This document shows positions 38,401 to 48,410 of a DNA stretch of 64,000 bases, piece by piece. The translations under genes and the position numbers were made by a program. Position 1 is the first letter of the stretch, and the number at the start of each line of letters is the position of its first letter. Below the pieces are notes generated by a model. The model saw only the letters and a program-made list of their open reading frames with translations, was not told the origin of the DNA and ran no database searches. This DNA is from Octopus bimaculoides (taxonomy: Eukaryota), in NCBI RefSeq assembly GCF_001194135.2, contig NC_068981.1, positions 54,825,913 through 54,889,912 of the forward strand, given 5' to 3'.

Positions 38401-40418
38401 GTGTAATGTCAGTGTGCACACATGACACAGTGTAAGTACCCTGAGAGAAATGCTGGACATAAGAAGCATCATATGTGGTGTGCAAGAGAGACGTTTGTGC
38501 TGGTATGGTCATGTGCTATGTATGGATGAGGAGAGCTGTGTGAAGAAATGTCACTCCTTAACGGTGGAAGGAACCCATGAAAGAGGGAGACCCAGGAAGA
38601 CATGGGATGAGGTGGCGAAGCATGACCTTTGAACGTTAGGCCTCACAGAGGCAATGACAAAAGACCGAGACCTCTGGAGATATGCTGTGATTGAGAAGAC
38701 CCGGCAAGCAAAGTGAGCTCACAGCTGTAGTCTACACCAGTGTCGCATAACCAGCCCATTTAAAAACTACCTTTGAATCATCAGGTGACATACCATGCTT
38801 GAGAAGACCTATTGAGTCAAGTAAATCAAAATCAAATCAAATCAAAATTGTAGTTGTGGTCGATACCAGTGCCTCCTGACTGGCTCCCGTGCTGGTGGGA
38901 TGCAATAAGCACCATTCATGCATGGGTCATTGCCAGTGCTGCCTGACTGGCTCCCTGTGCCAGTGACATGTAAAAAGCATGATCCGAATGTGATCAATGC
39001 CAATACCCCTGTTCTGACTGACTCCTGTGCCAGTGGCACGTAAATAGCACCATCCGAACGTGGCTGATGCCAGTGCCACCTAACTGGCTCCCATGCCAGT
39101 GGCATGTAAAAAGCACCCACTACACTCTTGAGTGGTTGGCATTAGGAAGGGCATCCAGCTGTAGAAACATTGCTAAATCATATTGAAGTCTGGTGTGACC
39201 TCCTGGCTTGCCAGTCCCCAGTCAAACCATCCATCCCATGCCAGCGTGGAAAATGGATGTTAAACGATGATGATGATGATGTAGAGAAAAGTTATTTCCA
39301 CTATACTTTCAGTCCTTTCTGGATCAAGGTATAAGAAAAATTAGGTGAAAAAATATGTTTAATGTTGCAGTATTTTAATTCTTGCAGGTTAGTAGTTGGA
39401 TGGAAAGCATACACAGGTAAGAGGAACAAGTGTGTGACACATGGGAATAGGTTAGGTAAAGAAAGTCCAGAAAAATATTCGTTGAGATTCTGCAAGCCCT
39501 GAAAATCAAAACAGGGTAGATTGGTATTGCAAGCATTTCAAGTCAACTTGAGATGCATGAAATAATACATCAGGATATGACAGGAATCATTAGGGAAAAT
39601 AGGTTGGACAACAGTGACTTGCTACTTGTGGTCCTTCAGCATTTTGACACTTCATCATCACCATTTAATATCCATGTTTCATGCTGGCATAGGTTGGACA
39701 ATTTAACAGGATCCAGTGGGTCTAAGGATTGCATCATTCTCCAGTGTCTGATTTGGCATGGTTTCTATGGCTGGCTGCTCTTCCTTACACCAACCACTTT
39801 ATGCACTTAAGCAAATCACCAATCATTATTATCATGTATTTGTAGCATAGATTTTGTGGCTGGATTCCCTTCATATTGCCAACCTCTTTTAGGACAGACT
39901 GTGTTTTTATTATACCTCCAGCAATTGAGGTTATCTGCCAAGACTAATATGTTCTATCTACCATTTAAAAGATATCTTTCATTATTGTTGTTGTTGATGT
40001 TAAGATCCTTGTTAAAATGTTAGTGTTTCTCATTGTTGAAGTATAGCTTTAAATTTTTTGTTTTTTTATTACTTACTCAGATAATACGTGCAAAGGAAGC
40101 AAGCAAGTGGAGCGGTTTCAAGAAAAGGCCCATATAGAACTGCGGCATCATATCCAAGAACTACATCCACAAAATCAAAACAGACTCTCAAAATTACTTT
40201 TACGTTTACCGCCACTGCGTTCAGTTAACCCAAGCATTATGGAAGAATTATTCTTCTCTGGTTTAACTGGTAGTGTTCAGATAGACAGCATAATTCCACA
40301 CATTCTCAGGATGGAAACAGCTGAATACAATTCTCAGATGGTTGGTCAATGTGCACCAGAAATGACAGAACCTTCGGCTGAAACAGAAATATCTGCTACC
40401 AGTAATTCAAGTACATAG
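9137..40418 (+). CDS. NR2C2: NR2C-family orphan nuclear receptor (TR2/TR4 pro-orthologue, Hr78-like), 5'-partial. Eight exons: 9137-9285, 17855-17981, 22892-23157, 28060-28102, 30590-30746, 32388-32527, 36901-37038, 40081-40418
   Basis: Manual splicing gives one open frame with GT-AG sites and matching phases (1358 nt). It contains the TR2/TR4 hallmark peptides VQQERKP, STQRIYIRKDLNSP, DLSTLASVVTTLA, AFDTLARA, PSPMPAYLNVQYICESASRLLFLSMHWVRSIPAF, EYAYLKAM, RLSKLLLRLPPLR and MEELFFSGLTGSVQIDSIIPHILRMETAEYN. Vertebrate NR2C1 versus NR2C2 cannot be distinguished. Confidence 0.95.
9745..9895 (-). mobile_element. HERO-like RLE non-LTR element, C-terminal relic
   Basis: Minus-strand translation GLGPAAKESRNVARKLSETVKKASHYIWHMREEE resembles the C-terminus of HERO-clade ORFs (recalled pattern). 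Confidence 0.45.
10275..10369. repeat. (AC)n microsatellite
   Basis: Read directly from the sequence. Confidence 0.95.
11172..11360 (+). mobile_element. RTE LINE AP-endonuclease fragment
   Basis: AYAPQVELSEEQKDHFYEMLL*...IIVAGDFSKYVG matches the YAP...GDFN.HVG endonuclease motifs. Confidence 0.75.
12103..13240 (+). mobile_element. Young 5'-truncated RTE LINE (RT C-terminus, N gap 12487-12914, 3'UTR repeat array, (GAT)n tail)
   Basis: Open frame GEKLEVVDSFRYLG...RIRIAWAKFRELLPLL...LYDACVRTAMLHGSETW. Ends catggaaagcggacgttaaac(gat)n. Confidence 0.9.
13617..14940 (-). mobile_element. Tigger/pogo DNA transposon relic (DDE_1-type transposase) with one terminal repeat
   Basis: LLLLDNASSH...TSLVQPIDQGVL...KAYNLRRTF...RDFWK matches the Tigger DN...QP.DQG catalytic motifs. 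TA|CAGCAATCTCCC terminus at 13615-13628. Confidence 0.8.
15135..15500 (-). mobile_element. SINE family C (CORE head, microsatellite, Nin-like segment, CR1-like tail)
   Basis: Same head as family B. The 3' end reads ggtggtgcctcagcatggccacag...gactgaaacaagtaaaaga on the minus strand. Confidence 0.8.
16540..16860 (-). mobile_element. piggyBac transposase relic
   Basis: WYICNADSGYCHILHAYTRK...YELSYDVF...LWMNL resembles W.LCDA.TGY....YTGK...GLGYDVV...LYMDN of DDE_Tnp_1_7. Confidence 0.6.
17085..17460. mobile_element. Two SINE family B copies in head-to-head inverted orientation (about 17085-17240 minus, 17272-17460 plus)
   Basis: cttcttactacacagccacac on one side and gtggctgtgtggttaagaag on the other, about 35 bp apart. 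Confidence 0.8.
17855..17981 (+). CDS. NR2C2: NR2C hinge exon: DEESKSNENLLANLQERLIHTDHGTMVLSSTLTQNSQKSNNT
   Basis: ttttcag acceptor and g|gtgag donor; phase 0 to phase 1, fitting both neighbours. The sequence is poorly conserved, so the call rests on splice and phase fit. Confidence 0.8.
18993..19049. repeat. 16-17 bp minisatellite (TTGTATTTGAGATACA), about 3.5 copies
   Basis: Read directly from the sequence. Confidence 0.9.
19240..20170 (-). mobile_element. Degenerate Jockey/CR1-group LINE ORF2 relic
   Basis: GFPINLGVLYSLVMSPLLFCTFI...YFADDATI is a decayed GVPQGSVLSPLLF...FADD RT core. Confidence 0.6.
22116..22161 (-). ncRNA. Minimal type I hammerhead-ribozyme motif (probably decayed)
   Basis: Minus strand GACAC CTGACGA A GGCTG GAGGGTATAT CAGCT GAAA CATT GTGTT. 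Stem I GACAC/GTGTT, core CUGANGA...GAAA, stem II GGCUG/CAGCU. Stem III AACATT is one transition from palindromic AACGTT. Confidence 0.65.
22243..22320 (-). promoter_or_regulatory. tRNA-like Pol III internal promoter (A box 22307-22297, B box 22264-22253) directly after the Penelope ORF
   Basis: TGGTGTAGTGG and GAGTTCGATTCC with tRNA-like spacing. No acceptor-stem pairing, so not a tRNA gene. Confidence 0.7.
22892..23157 (+). CDS. NR2C2: NR2C hinge exon: ANLISDLSTLASVVTTLAAMG...SVVKAFDTLARAVHHPQSQSQETQTGLSQ
   Basis: ttctcag acceptor and cag|gtgag donor; phase 1 to phase 0. Matches the TR2/TR4 motifs DLSTLANVVTSLA and AFDTLAKA. Confidence 0.93.
23328..23915 (+). mobile_element. SINE family B with a nested mariner-type MITE (23481-23683) in its (TG)n spacer
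   Basis: MITE TIRs tgctgaaaagttcctggcttt and aaagccaggaatttttcatca (19/21 match). SINE head lies before it and the RTE-like tail after it. Confidence 0.75.
24800..25820 (-). mobile_element. RTE-family 3' end with a long pyrimidine-rich 3'UTR insert
   Basis: Reverse complement of the RTE tail at about 24800-24980, and of the RGRPRKTW-coding region at about 25720-25770. Confidence 0.6.
27978..28029. repeat. Compound (TA)n(CA)n microsatellite about 30 nt upstream of the 43-nt exon
   Basis: Read directly from the sequence. Confidence 0.95.
28060..28102 (+). CDS. NR2C2: NR2C 43-nt exon: GENAESDEPVLEIE(G)
   Basis: ttctag acceptor and g|gtaag donor; phase 0 to phase 1. It is needed to keep the frame and supplies the IEG preceding the ligand-binding domain, as in TR2/TR4. 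Confidence 0.85.
28518..29496. repeat. Long inverted repeat: arms 28518-28709 and 29308-29496, with a SINE A copy (about 29015-29235) in the spacer
   Basis: tattcatactgaaagttctctatgcaccttatatgggcttagtgag and aaatagaagctagtgtacaaagagtgagatgtaaaagt occur on opposite strands in the two arms. Confidence 0.9.
29540..30380 (+). mobile_element. Tx1/L1-like LINE RT relic, interrupted
   Basis: VILLKKNVNKGEVIENLLDTDLKILTKLL (RT domains 1-2) and TDDITMV (decayed YADD). Confidence 0.5.
30590..30746 (+). CDS. NR2C2: NR2C LBD exon: NLLSATNFLFNLNTPSPMPAYLNVQYICESASRLLFLSMHWVRSIPAFQLL
   Basis: ctcag acceptor and aa|gtaag donor. Near-identical to the TR2/TR4 helix 3-4 signature. Confidence 0.97.
31193..31370. 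repeat. 178-bp near-perfect palindrome (hairpin MITE-like)
   Basis: Arms ttatatggccagt...gtcagactccagtgg and ccattagagactgac...actggccatataa are reverse complements over about 80 bp with scattered mismatches. Confidence 0.9.
32388..32527 (+). CDS. NR2C2: NR2C LBD exon: ADTQMLLVRSCWCEMFVLGLAQCSQAMYLSTILGAILNHLQSPLSF
   Basis: tttcag acceptor and g|gtaaat donor; phase 2 to phase 1. Matches the TR2/TR4 LV..CW.ELF.LGLAQC motif. Confidence 0.96.
32815..33519 (+). mobile_element. RTE LINE 3'UTR with five ~60-bp tandem units and (GAT)n tail
   Basis: Units of the form gagcgtg.tc.ttgccag...ctggc....gtgc.ggtggcac.taaa.agcacc, followed by the same tail as 13080-13240. Confidence 0.85.
33983..35319. mobile_element. 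Non-autonomous Tc2/pogo-like DNA transposon, 1337 bp, flanked by TA
   Basis: TA|ccataaaaacccatgtaatttgcac at the left and gtgcataaattacatgggtttttacgt|TA at the right. No intact ORF. Confidence 0.75.
35410..35822 (-). mobile_element. SINE family C, near full length
   Basis: Head (gctgtgtggtaagaagcttgcttccc), CORE-like block, (TA)n, and a tail ggtggtgttccagcatggc...gaaacaagtaaaaga. Confidence 0.8.
36901..37038 (+). CDS. NR2C2: NR2C LBD exon: KNNSERAKLVTEHIIKLQSYVHTMENLQVNNTEYAYLKAMTLFCP
   Basis: ttttcag acceptor ending 36900 and g|gtcagt donor; phase 1 to phase 1. Contains the EYAYLKA..LF.P motif. Confidence 0.96.
37214..37384 (+). mobile_element. 3'-truncated SINE family A, abutting an RTE
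   Basis: gagttggcagaatc...ggttcaaatccc...gactttgcctttcatcctttc...aaataagtaccag, ending at gacttacc. Confidence 0.8.
37385..39281 (+). mobile_element. 5'-truncated RTE LINE with a PHD-like finger in ORF2, 3'UTR repeat array and (GAT)n tail (contains an artefactual 380-bp duplication)
   Basis: LYTDYL (decayed YADD)...RVNVAKTEV...CSIC...CTHKRC...CDRC...LEVVDSFRYL...RLCWYGHV...RGRPRKTW; a TGA replaces W after SSET. Confidence 0.9.
40081..40418 (+). CDS. NR2C2: NR2C terminal coding exon (LBD helices 9-12 plus a short Ser/Thr/acidic tail), ending in TAG
   Basis: ctcag acceptor ending 40080. Translates to ERFQEKAHIEL...RLSKLLLRLPPLR...EELFFSGLTGSVQIDSIIPHILRMETAEYN. Confidence 0.97.
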
Positions 40419-42260
40419 TCTAATATGAGACTTGTGGATTAGGACACTGTTAAAAAGAAAGTTAATTATCAGTTTGGGAACTGAATTGCTCTGTAGGTTG
40501 CGTTTTACATCTGAATCAAAGAGTTCTAGGAAAATACCAATCACTAACTCAGCAAACATCTCTCTTTGTGAAAAAAAAGAAGCTAACTGTTAGTGGATGT
40601 GGTATGGCTGCTTATGGGACAGTGTAAGCCTCAGAAGCATAGGCTCTTTTCATATGACAGGCTTTATTTATTTTTTTTTCTTTGTATAAATTTTGGGGTT
40701 ATGTATATTTGTTAGAAATTTTAGTTATAGGAGGAATAATCCCAATGAACATTATGTAGAGAAAACTAGCCTATTTTTCTTTAGACTGTGATATTCAAGC
40801 AAATAATTACTCTAGACTGAGGTAGCTTCATAACAGGATTTTGTAAGGATGCCTTAATGTTGCAACTAGCCTAGATGACTAACTGTTTATTTTCGTTATT
40901 CTTCAGATGAGGATGTAATATTTTAGCTGCTTTTATGTTGGCTTATCAGTTCTCAGCAACATGTCTCTTAACTTTGTCATCTTCACAGAGGGGTTTCATT
41001 TATCTGCCATTGTACAAATGAGGGTCTAAAAATGAAAATATATTTATAGTTATGAAAGAAAATCTGATCCTAGTTGGTGCATTTGTGAAAATACAAAACA
41101 AAAAATTTCGAGAGGAAGAGAAAAAAAGATCTTGAAGGTATAATATTAATATAACTTTTTCTACGTATGAATGAGATTTGTCACACTTTCATCTATTTAC
41201 TAAACATTTTTATTTACTCATCATTTTCATCTCCAAGTTCATCAGTTATCAGCAACATTAATCTTCATTTCCATTCATTGATTTGTCTTGTACACAAAAC
41301 CTTAGCTTAATGTTAAGCTACATTGACAATATTTATTCATTCATTTATTTTAAATTAAAAATTAGCAAAAATTTATTGTATTTTTATCTATTGTATGATT
41401 GTATAGTTAGGTACTCTATTTTAGCAAACCATCAACGAGTTTTCATTTAGTCACCTATTTTTATAGCAGTTTATAAAAATCTATTTTAACTTCAACGTTA
41501 TTTTGAGGAATTGATTGCTCTGATATGATGGTAAACTTGATTAAAACAACAGAAAGTTAATTCATTAGTATGATTTAATAACATGCGAAATTTGTGCAAA
41601 TTTGTATTTTATAGTTTTTTTTTTTCCTGACAGTGTTCTCTCCCTTCATAAATATGTCCAAAACAAAAAACACTATTACTAACAGAAGAATTAATTTATA
41701 TAGAAAATCCGTTACTAAATTTCTCCAGTTGGATTTCTAAATCAAGTTTTTGATAAAGTTAGATGCTTCTAAAACCTAAAGAGTTATGATCTTAACTGTT
41801 GTCATAATTTTCTTTTGATGTAATCAAAGCGTTATCCCCACCCCCACTACCGTCACTGTTGTTTTTTTCCGATATGATTTTGTTATGATTTTTAGTAAAA
41901 GCATTCATATTTATCTTTATATGGGATTCTCTTCTGAATTTAATACATATTTCAATGTTGATTATATATTTTTGCTTACATGTGTAATGGGCGAATATGT
42001 TTGTTGAATTTATATTTTGTCTTATTAATTGTTCAAAATTATATTTCTGCTAAAAACACTGCCTTCAAGTAAAACCCCAAAATACCCTGAAGTAATAAGG
42101 GCCCTGGTATAACAAGAAAACACTTCTCTTATGTTCTTTCATTATTGAAACCTAAACATTGTTTTTATTATGATCTTAGGAGCTGAACATACCATAATAA
42201 TTAAATTGATGAAATTTAGAAATGTTTTGCATAAAATAAACATTTGTTCGCCAGCATATC
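40419..42260 (+). other. Probable NR2C 3'UTR with a candidate polyadenylation signal AATAAA at 42235-42240
   Basis: No recognisable transposon from the stop codon to about 43450, unlike the rest of the window. The AATAAA is followed by U-rich sequence. The end point is inferred. Confidence 0.5.
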
Positions 42261-43469
42261 TCAACATTTATCATCTCTAATTTTTTAGCAGTTCATAGTG
42301 CCAGACAACTACTTTGCCATTGTTCTGAGATTAGGTTCTATCACACATACATACATGGCTGTTTAACTACAGAGATGTTTTATTTTTTTGTTTCTTAAAA
42401 TTTTACAGTGAAATTTGAATAAGCTTTTGAAAATTGGCATAAAACACCACACTAACAGCTAATATAGTTTTGATGCTATTGTATAATAGAAATAACTGTA
42501 TTTTTTTGTGATGTCTAAATTTCTTTTTTAATATCACAAAGTTTTGAGAACCTAATGTTTAATTCATTCTTGTCTAAAATTATTCTTTCTTAAACTAGAC
42601 TTCTTCAATTGTCTGCATTTATGCACTTTTCGTTCAGTCGAAATTTTCTCATTTGTGCTGTACAAACAACAAGAACAATATTCATGATCAGTTAACTTAA
42701 TGGTGTGTTGTGTGTATGTGTGTGTACATGTGTGCATAGTCCAGTACAGTGCAATAATATACTGAAACTAGATAAATCAGGAATGCAGTTTCAAGTCTTG
42801 CTATTAGAAATAGGAACCACAGCTCTTCATCCATAAAAAGTTAGAAGAAAATGGTTGGTAAAATAGAAAAATAATAATCAGGTTAAGATTAGTCAAGCTA
42901 TTTAAAATTTTTATTTCTAAAATTTTATCTGGTACTAAATATATTTGTATAACATTGAACATGTTAATGTATTGCAGGAAGTGATCAGAGTGGTGGGTGT
43001 AGTGGAATTGAAATTTTTGGAAAACTAAAAGGTGTTTAAAATTTGAACCCCCAAATCTTTATATCAATTTAAATTGTTTTGAATTACAGATTTGATTTTA
43101 GTTTAATTTTATTTGATCCTATTCTCATTTTTGTTTTATGAAAAACAGATCCTAGTTTTATCATTTTGAAGTTTCTAAATCTGACTCATAGATATGAAAT
43201 ATGCCAATGGGTGGTTATTTGAGGTCATATGATAATCTTTGTTCAACGAAATTTAACTTTAGAAATTTTTGTAAAATATAAAATGCTTGTGGACATAGCA
43301 AAAGCTTGTCTCTATCCATCAAATGTTTTGCAGTCCACATATTTTAGACACAACCTCTTGTGGCATTGGTTTCTAAAAACCAAGTATTTGTTCAACCCCA
43401 GGTCAGATCTGATTGGGCAGGTTTATGTTCATAGGTATTTTAGTCGTGATTATTATTATTATTGTTATA

Positions 43470-44450
43470 ATTGTGCCGCACAAAATGCTTAGTAGCATTT
43501 TGTCCACGTTTACTTTCTGAGTTCAAATTCTGCTGAGGTCAACTTTGCCTTTCATCCTTTTAGGGTACCAGTGTAGTATTGGGGTCAATGTAATTGAGTA
43601 GTCCTCACCACCAAAATTACAGGTCTTTTGTAGAAAGGATTATTATTATCATATTTATTCAGGTGGCAATCTGGCAGAATTGTTAGCATGCTGCTCAAAA
43701 TGCTTAACAGCATTTTTGCTCATCTGTATGTTCAGTGTTCAAATTCTGTGAAGGTTGACTTTGCTTGTCATCCTTTTGGGGGTCAAGAAAATAGTAGTTG
43801 AATAGTTGGTTGGCACTCCGTCAGTTACGATGATGAGGGTTCCAGTTGATCCGATAAGCAGAACAGCCTGCTCGTGAAATTAATGTGCAAATGGCTGAGC
43901 ACTCCATAGACATGTGTACCCTTAACGTACTTCTCGGGGAGATTCAGCGTGACACAGAGTGTGACAAGGCTGGTCCTTTGAAATACAGAAACAAGAAGTA
44001 AGAATGAGAGAAAGTTGTGGTGAAAGAGTACAGCAGGGTTCGCCACCACCCCCTGCTGGAGCCTCGTGGAACTTTAGGTGTTTTCGCTCAATAAACACTC
44101 ACAACGCCCGGTCTGGGAATCGAAACCGCGATCCTGCGACCGAGAATCCGCTGCCCTAACCACTGGGCCATTGTGCCCCCACAGTTGAATAGTAGGGTTG
44201 ATGAAATCAACTAGCCTCCTGTCCCAAATTTCAGGCTTGGTACCTGTAGTAGAAAGAATTATTAAGGTAGCAAGCTGGCAAAACTGTTAATGCAATGGGC
44301 AAAATGCTAAACAGCAATTTGTCCATTTTAACATTCTGAGTTCAAATTCCACAGAGATCAACTTTCCCTTTCAGAGTCAAAATAAGTACCAGTTGTGCTC
44401 CATCCAATTGCAGGCTTTGTGCTTATAATAGAAAGGATTATTATTATTAT
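43470..44450 (+). mobile_element. Second head-to-tail array of SINE family A (three copies)
   Basis: Three gagttcaaattc...cctttc...agaaaggat(tat)n units, each starting in the previous copy's tail. Confidence 0.8.
43807..44182 (-). mobile_element. Young tRNA-derived SINE (distinct family D), 376 bp, nested in a SINE A with an 11-bp TSD
   Basis: AGTTGAATAGT at 43796-43806 and 44183-44193. A box TGGCCCAGTGG and B box GGTTTCGATTCC on the minus strand. CpG retained. Confidence 0.9.
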
Positions 44451-47400
44451 CCTAAACAATATTCTGTGTGTTGTTCCTTTTCTAAGATATTAGGGTGATT
44501 TGTCTGCTATTTCCAGTAGGTTGAGTTACCACATAGAAGCTTTCTTATATGTTTTACAAAGTTATGAATGCTGTCCTTATTCCCAGGCACATTTTTGAAG
44601 AGAGACACTTTTACCCAATGAAAGAGAAGTCAAACTCTTCTCCCTGTGAATTAAAAAAATAAAACTCCTCTCAGTTTTACAGTGTTCCTACTGTTGCTTA
44701 CATTAGTGGTTTATATATCTATAGGATCTAGTCAATTGCTTAACCTTGGACACAATACAGCTTTAGTGACAGATATGCCCTTGGTCCTCTCATCAGTTAT
44801 TCATAATCTCTAGAAAAAATCTAATTGTTTTTAGTTAGAGTTTCTGTTATTCATGAACTGTTGTTTATAGAATTTTTAAGATGCTGTTTGATTATGATAT
44901 AGGGTGTCAGTGATAGTATTTACAGTGCACTCCACAAACTGAGCTATGTCTGGTCTAAATTGTTCCCCAACTTGTTACTGCATTCAAGACCTATTTGTGT
45001 CAAATTAATGTTTCATCATTGTGATATCAACAATTTTGTGGAATTAATTATAACAAAACACTTGTAAAAATACTCTCTAATGAGCATCACTATCATTCAT
45101 TTCAATTATTTACTCAAGAAGTTTGATTTAATAACTTTACTATATTGTTGTTTCTCTGATTCCAATCAGATGATTATCATTTGTGTTTTTTTTTTTATAT
45201 GAATCTCTCTCTCTCTCATTTTATTTATTATTTTTACACTTTATTATTGACTTTTTTTTTATGTATATTGTAATGGTGAACAAATATTATTGATTACAGG
45301 TTTCCAACACGCCAGTCACTAGTTCATTAGCCACTATTAAGTTGTACTGTTATTGAAGCAATTAATAAGATCTTTTGGAGCTTTGGAAATTATGTAAATT
45401 AAATGCAAAAATGAAATATTCATGCTTAATGTCAGAAGACAAAACATTCAGCTGCTGGTAATAACATCTACAAATGGCATAGTTGTAACAGTCTCCCTAT
45501 TCTTCAGTCAAAGTAGCAGATAAGTCTTTTACTTTACCTAACCGTTTCACTGTTGGTTGAAGATTAAAGCTGCAAAACATCCATCATATTAAAGTTTGGA
45601 AAATCTCAGATCGATGATAATTAGAAACATGACAAAAATAGCCCCAAGTCTTTTAGTTTGTAAAAAAAATTGAATCTTCATAGTTTTCAATAAATATTTT
45701 TAGCTGCAGTAATTATTCCCCCTTACTTTAAGCCTTCACTGACAATTGCTTTTCATTTCTCATAAAATAATCGATTGTAAGGTTTTTAGCTAGGTTTGTT
45801 CATTACTAGACTGTCTTCTTGATATGTATAGTCATTGTGTTTTTGAGGGCAATTATTAGCAAAGTTGAAAAGGTTATTCTTATAGAGATATGATAAACAT
45901 GTTTCCAAAGGAAAGAAAGATAGATTGAAGAGTTTGATGAGGATAAAAAGCAAAGCTCAGAAATGCAGTTTGAGAGTGATAGAGACACTGTTGGATTGTA
46001 GTGATTGAAGGAGTGTTAGTACATAGGGTCTGTACCTGACAGTGAAACAAGGTGAGGGGATTTTGAGAGAAATTGTACTGAATAAGGTGTGTAGAGTTGG
46101 AAAACACACAACAAATGTGAAGGTATTTTTTAGCAGGAGTTGTTGGTAGGAATATCTTGGTCGAAGAGTGAATGGTAGAAGGGTTCTGTAAAATTATCAG
46201 AATATTTTGGCAAGGAATCTGAAGGTTCTACTGCAATTTAGAAAGTTAAAAAGCTTGCAGTCCAAGCAACGTACAAAAAGATACATTCTTTGCTTCTCTG
46301 ATAGCAAGTGTGGTGGCGGATAACTAAGTCTAAGATTGTAGTCACTGGTCTTTGCCTGTATGGTTTACTTACAGCTGTGTGTAAACTATTTGTGGGGTTT
46401 AACTTTTGGTTGTGTGAATAATAGACATAAGAGAATTGTTTCAGTTACCTTAGATGGACAAGGGTGAAACAGATTTGCTGCCAGGGATAATTGGAGTAGA
46501 AGAGGTAGAGCTTGACCAGTTATCTGACTTGAAATTCTTATTGAATGCTGTTCAGAAGATTATATTTGATGAATATTTCTTTAATGCATATAATACCATC
46601 ATCAAGGTCCTCATTTATTTTAGTAATTTATTGCTGTATTAAATCTGAAACTTGTTCTAATAGTATCAATTTGCATGAGATAGGCTGTATATTTCTTAAT
46701 ATAAATATCTATATATATATATATATATATATATGTCATGGTGCGTCTGATTCTGTATGCATTCAATATCAATTCCATATAAATATTCATCAATATTAAA
46801 AAATGAGAACACACACACACACACACACAAAACCATCATTGTAATCATCATTTATATTTGTATTTTTTAAAGTGTTTTCTATTGGGAAAATATAAACTGT
46901 TTCTTTGTTCTGTTGTTTTCTATGTATTTGTATGATTTGTTAATACTTTGTTCTATGGTCACATTAATGTACATATATAGTTCTGGGATAAATGGAGCTC
47001 TAGTGAACNNNNNNNNNNNNNNNNNNNNNNNNNNNNNNNNNNNNNNNNNNNNNNNNNNNNNNNNNNNNNNNNNNNNNNNNNNNNNNNNNNNNNNNNNNNN
47101 NNNNNNNNNNNNNNNNNNNNNNNNNNNNNNNNNNNNNNNNNNNNNNNNNNNNNNNNNNNNNNNNNNNNNNNNNNNNNNNNNNNNNNNNNNNNNNNNNNNN
47201 NNNNNNNNNNNNNNNNNNNNNNNNNNNNNNNNNNNNNNNNNNNNNNNNNNNNNNNNNNNNNNNNNNNNNNNNNNNNNNNNNNNNNNNNNNNNNNNNNNNN
47301 NNNNNNNNNNNNNNNNNNNNNNNNNNNNNNNNNNNNNNNNNNNNNNNNNNNNNNNNNNNNNNNNNNNNNNNNNNNNNNNNNNNNNNNNNNNNNNNNNNNN

Positions 47401-47679
47401 NNNNNNNNNNNNNNNNNNNNNNNNNNNNNNNNNNNNNNNNNNNNNNNNNNNNNNNNNNNNNNNNNNNNNNNNNNNNNNNNNNNNNNNNNNNNNNNNNNNN
47501 NNNNNNNNNNNNNNNNNNNNNNNNNTTGACTGTTAAATGTTTGTATTAGTTACGGAAACTGAAAGAAGCCTGCCTTGTATATGCATGTAGTAATTTTTAT
47601 CTCCAACATAATGTGCAGATTGTGTTAGAGCACAGAATATTGTGCTATTTACCTTGAGAGGATTTCTCATAGAGACTTC

Positions 47680-48410
47680 ATCATCATTTAATGTCTGTTG
47701 TCCATGTTGGCATGAGTTGGACGGTTTGACCAGGCTGACACACTGGAAAGTAGCACTGGACTCCAGTCTGATTTGACATGGTTTTCTACAGCTGGATGCC
47801 CTTCCCAACACCAACCATTCCAAGAGTGTAATGGGTGCTTTTATGTGCCACCGGCACAGGTGCCATTTGCATGACGCTGGAATGCTTTTATGTGTCACTG
47901 GCACAGATGACAATTTGTGTGACACCAGTATCTGCCATGACTGCAATTCAGCTTCATCAGTCTTCTCAAGCATGGCATAATGCCAAAGGTCTTGGTCATT
48001 GCCTCCATGAGGCCCAACACTTGAAAGGAACTCAGTCACTTTACCTCTGTGAAGCCCAATGCTCGAAAGCTTTACATGCCACCAGCATGGTTGCACTTGA
48101 CTTGACAAGTCCTCTCAAGCACTGCACAGCACATCACTAAAGGTCTCGGTCACCAGTCATTGCCTCCGTGAGGCTCAAAGTTTGAAATCATGCTTCACTA
48201 CCTCATTCCATGTCTTCCTGGGTCTACCTCTAGCACAGGTTCCCTCCACAGTCAGAGTTAGGCACTTCTTTACACAGCTGTCCTTGTCCATATGCATCAC
48301 ATGACCATACCAGTGCAGTCGTCTCTTGCACACCACATCTGATGCCTCTTATGCTTAACTTTTCTCTCAAGATGCTTACACTGTCGAACATGCACACTAA
48401 TATTGCACAG
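47680..48410 (-). mobile_element. RTE LINE 3' fragment
   Basis: Reverse complement of ILREKLSIRGIRCGVQE...RLHWYGHV...RGRPRKTW and of the RTE tail. Confidence 0.75.

Noticed and set aside
37911-38680. Apparent 380-bp tandem duplication of RTE coding sequence
   Set aside because: The two copies (37911-38290 and 38301-38680) read identically and are separated by exactly ten N. This is an unmerged contig overlap.
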